Part shown: positions 63,906 to 64,000 of the stretch, piece after piece
Layout: each line of letters begins with the position of its first letter
Numbering within the stretch: the first letter of the stretch is position 1
Assembly: GCA_910584295.1 (NCBI GenBank)
Contig: CAJTYR010000005.1
Span: 24,904 to 88,903, forward strand
Reading direction: 5' to 3'
DNA: 64,000 nucleotides
Source: an uncultured Christensenella sp.
Lineage (GTDB): Bacteria > Bacillota > Clostridia > Christensenellales > UBA1242
The notes under the pieces: model-generated
The model's database searches: none
The model's input: only the letters and a program-made list of their open reading frames with translations
Told to the model about the DNA's origin: nothing
Translations under genes and position numbers: made by a program

Positions 63906-64000
63906 TTATTTTCTAAATATAAATATGCCAAAGTGCCCTAAAATAGGCACAAATAGAATTTTTAACTATTTATAATTATTTTTTATTTAATTTTAAAATA

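Noticed and set aside
1-64000. Alternative genetic code (TGA=Trp, Mycoplasma-type)
   Set aside because: Many well-supported genes end in TGA with coupled ATGA/TTGA restarts (for example relaxase/T4CP, T4CP/adhesin and xis/int). ORFs are also contiguous under the standard code.
1-64000. CRISPR arrays, rRNA genes, IS elements and transposases
   Set aside because: I saw no regularly spaced direct repeats of 25-40 nt, no rRNA-like conserved blocks and no DDE or serine-recombinase motifs. The only recombinases are the tyrosine integrase and its degenerate neighbour.

Overview
AT-rich, standard-code bacterial DNA: TGA is used as a stop, and ATGA/TTGA start-stop overlaps are common. It looks like a low-GC Firmicutes/Mollicutes-related chromosome. 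The main feature is a ~38-kb integrative conjugative element (ICE, 1629..39784) inserted into tRNA-Arg(TCG). It is bounded by an exact 44-nt direct repeat that equals the 3' half of the tRNA up to the anticodon loop. From left to right the ICE carries:
- a BspA-type LRR surface protein
- an XRE/XRE-SLOG switch region
- a radical-SAM gene and a 632-aa HExxH protein driven by duplicated promoters
- a cargo metabolic cluster of 8 plus-strand genes (PLP decarboxylase, PnuC-type transporter, HD, SDR, a Gfo/Idh/MocA gene with an in-frame stop, a GNAT-like protein, an APH-fold kinase, plus unknowns)
- a LexA-like repressor
- a conjugation module (MobL-like relaxase, VirD4-like coupling protein, 1482-aa repeat adhesin, VirB2/VirB6/VirB4-like genes)
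- an establishment module (DUF3846, second LRR protein, primase, C5-methyltransferase)
- a degenerate recombinase-like gene, xis and a tyrosine integrase next to the intact tRNA

To the right of the ICE lie a degenerate tRNA-like remnant, an orphan second coupling-protein paralogue (probably a decayed element), small unknown genes, cardiolipin synthase with a 52-bp duplication of its 3' end, a 14.7-kb gene for a 4897-aa membrane-anchored giant protein with a recurring GK.YY...G.Y..V...YYE motif, a probably leaderless gene, an ABC-F ATPase with one degenerate ATP site, and a methyltransferase-like gene. I found no rRNA, CRISPR array or IS/transposase. All functional calls come from motif recognition by eye; no database search was run.
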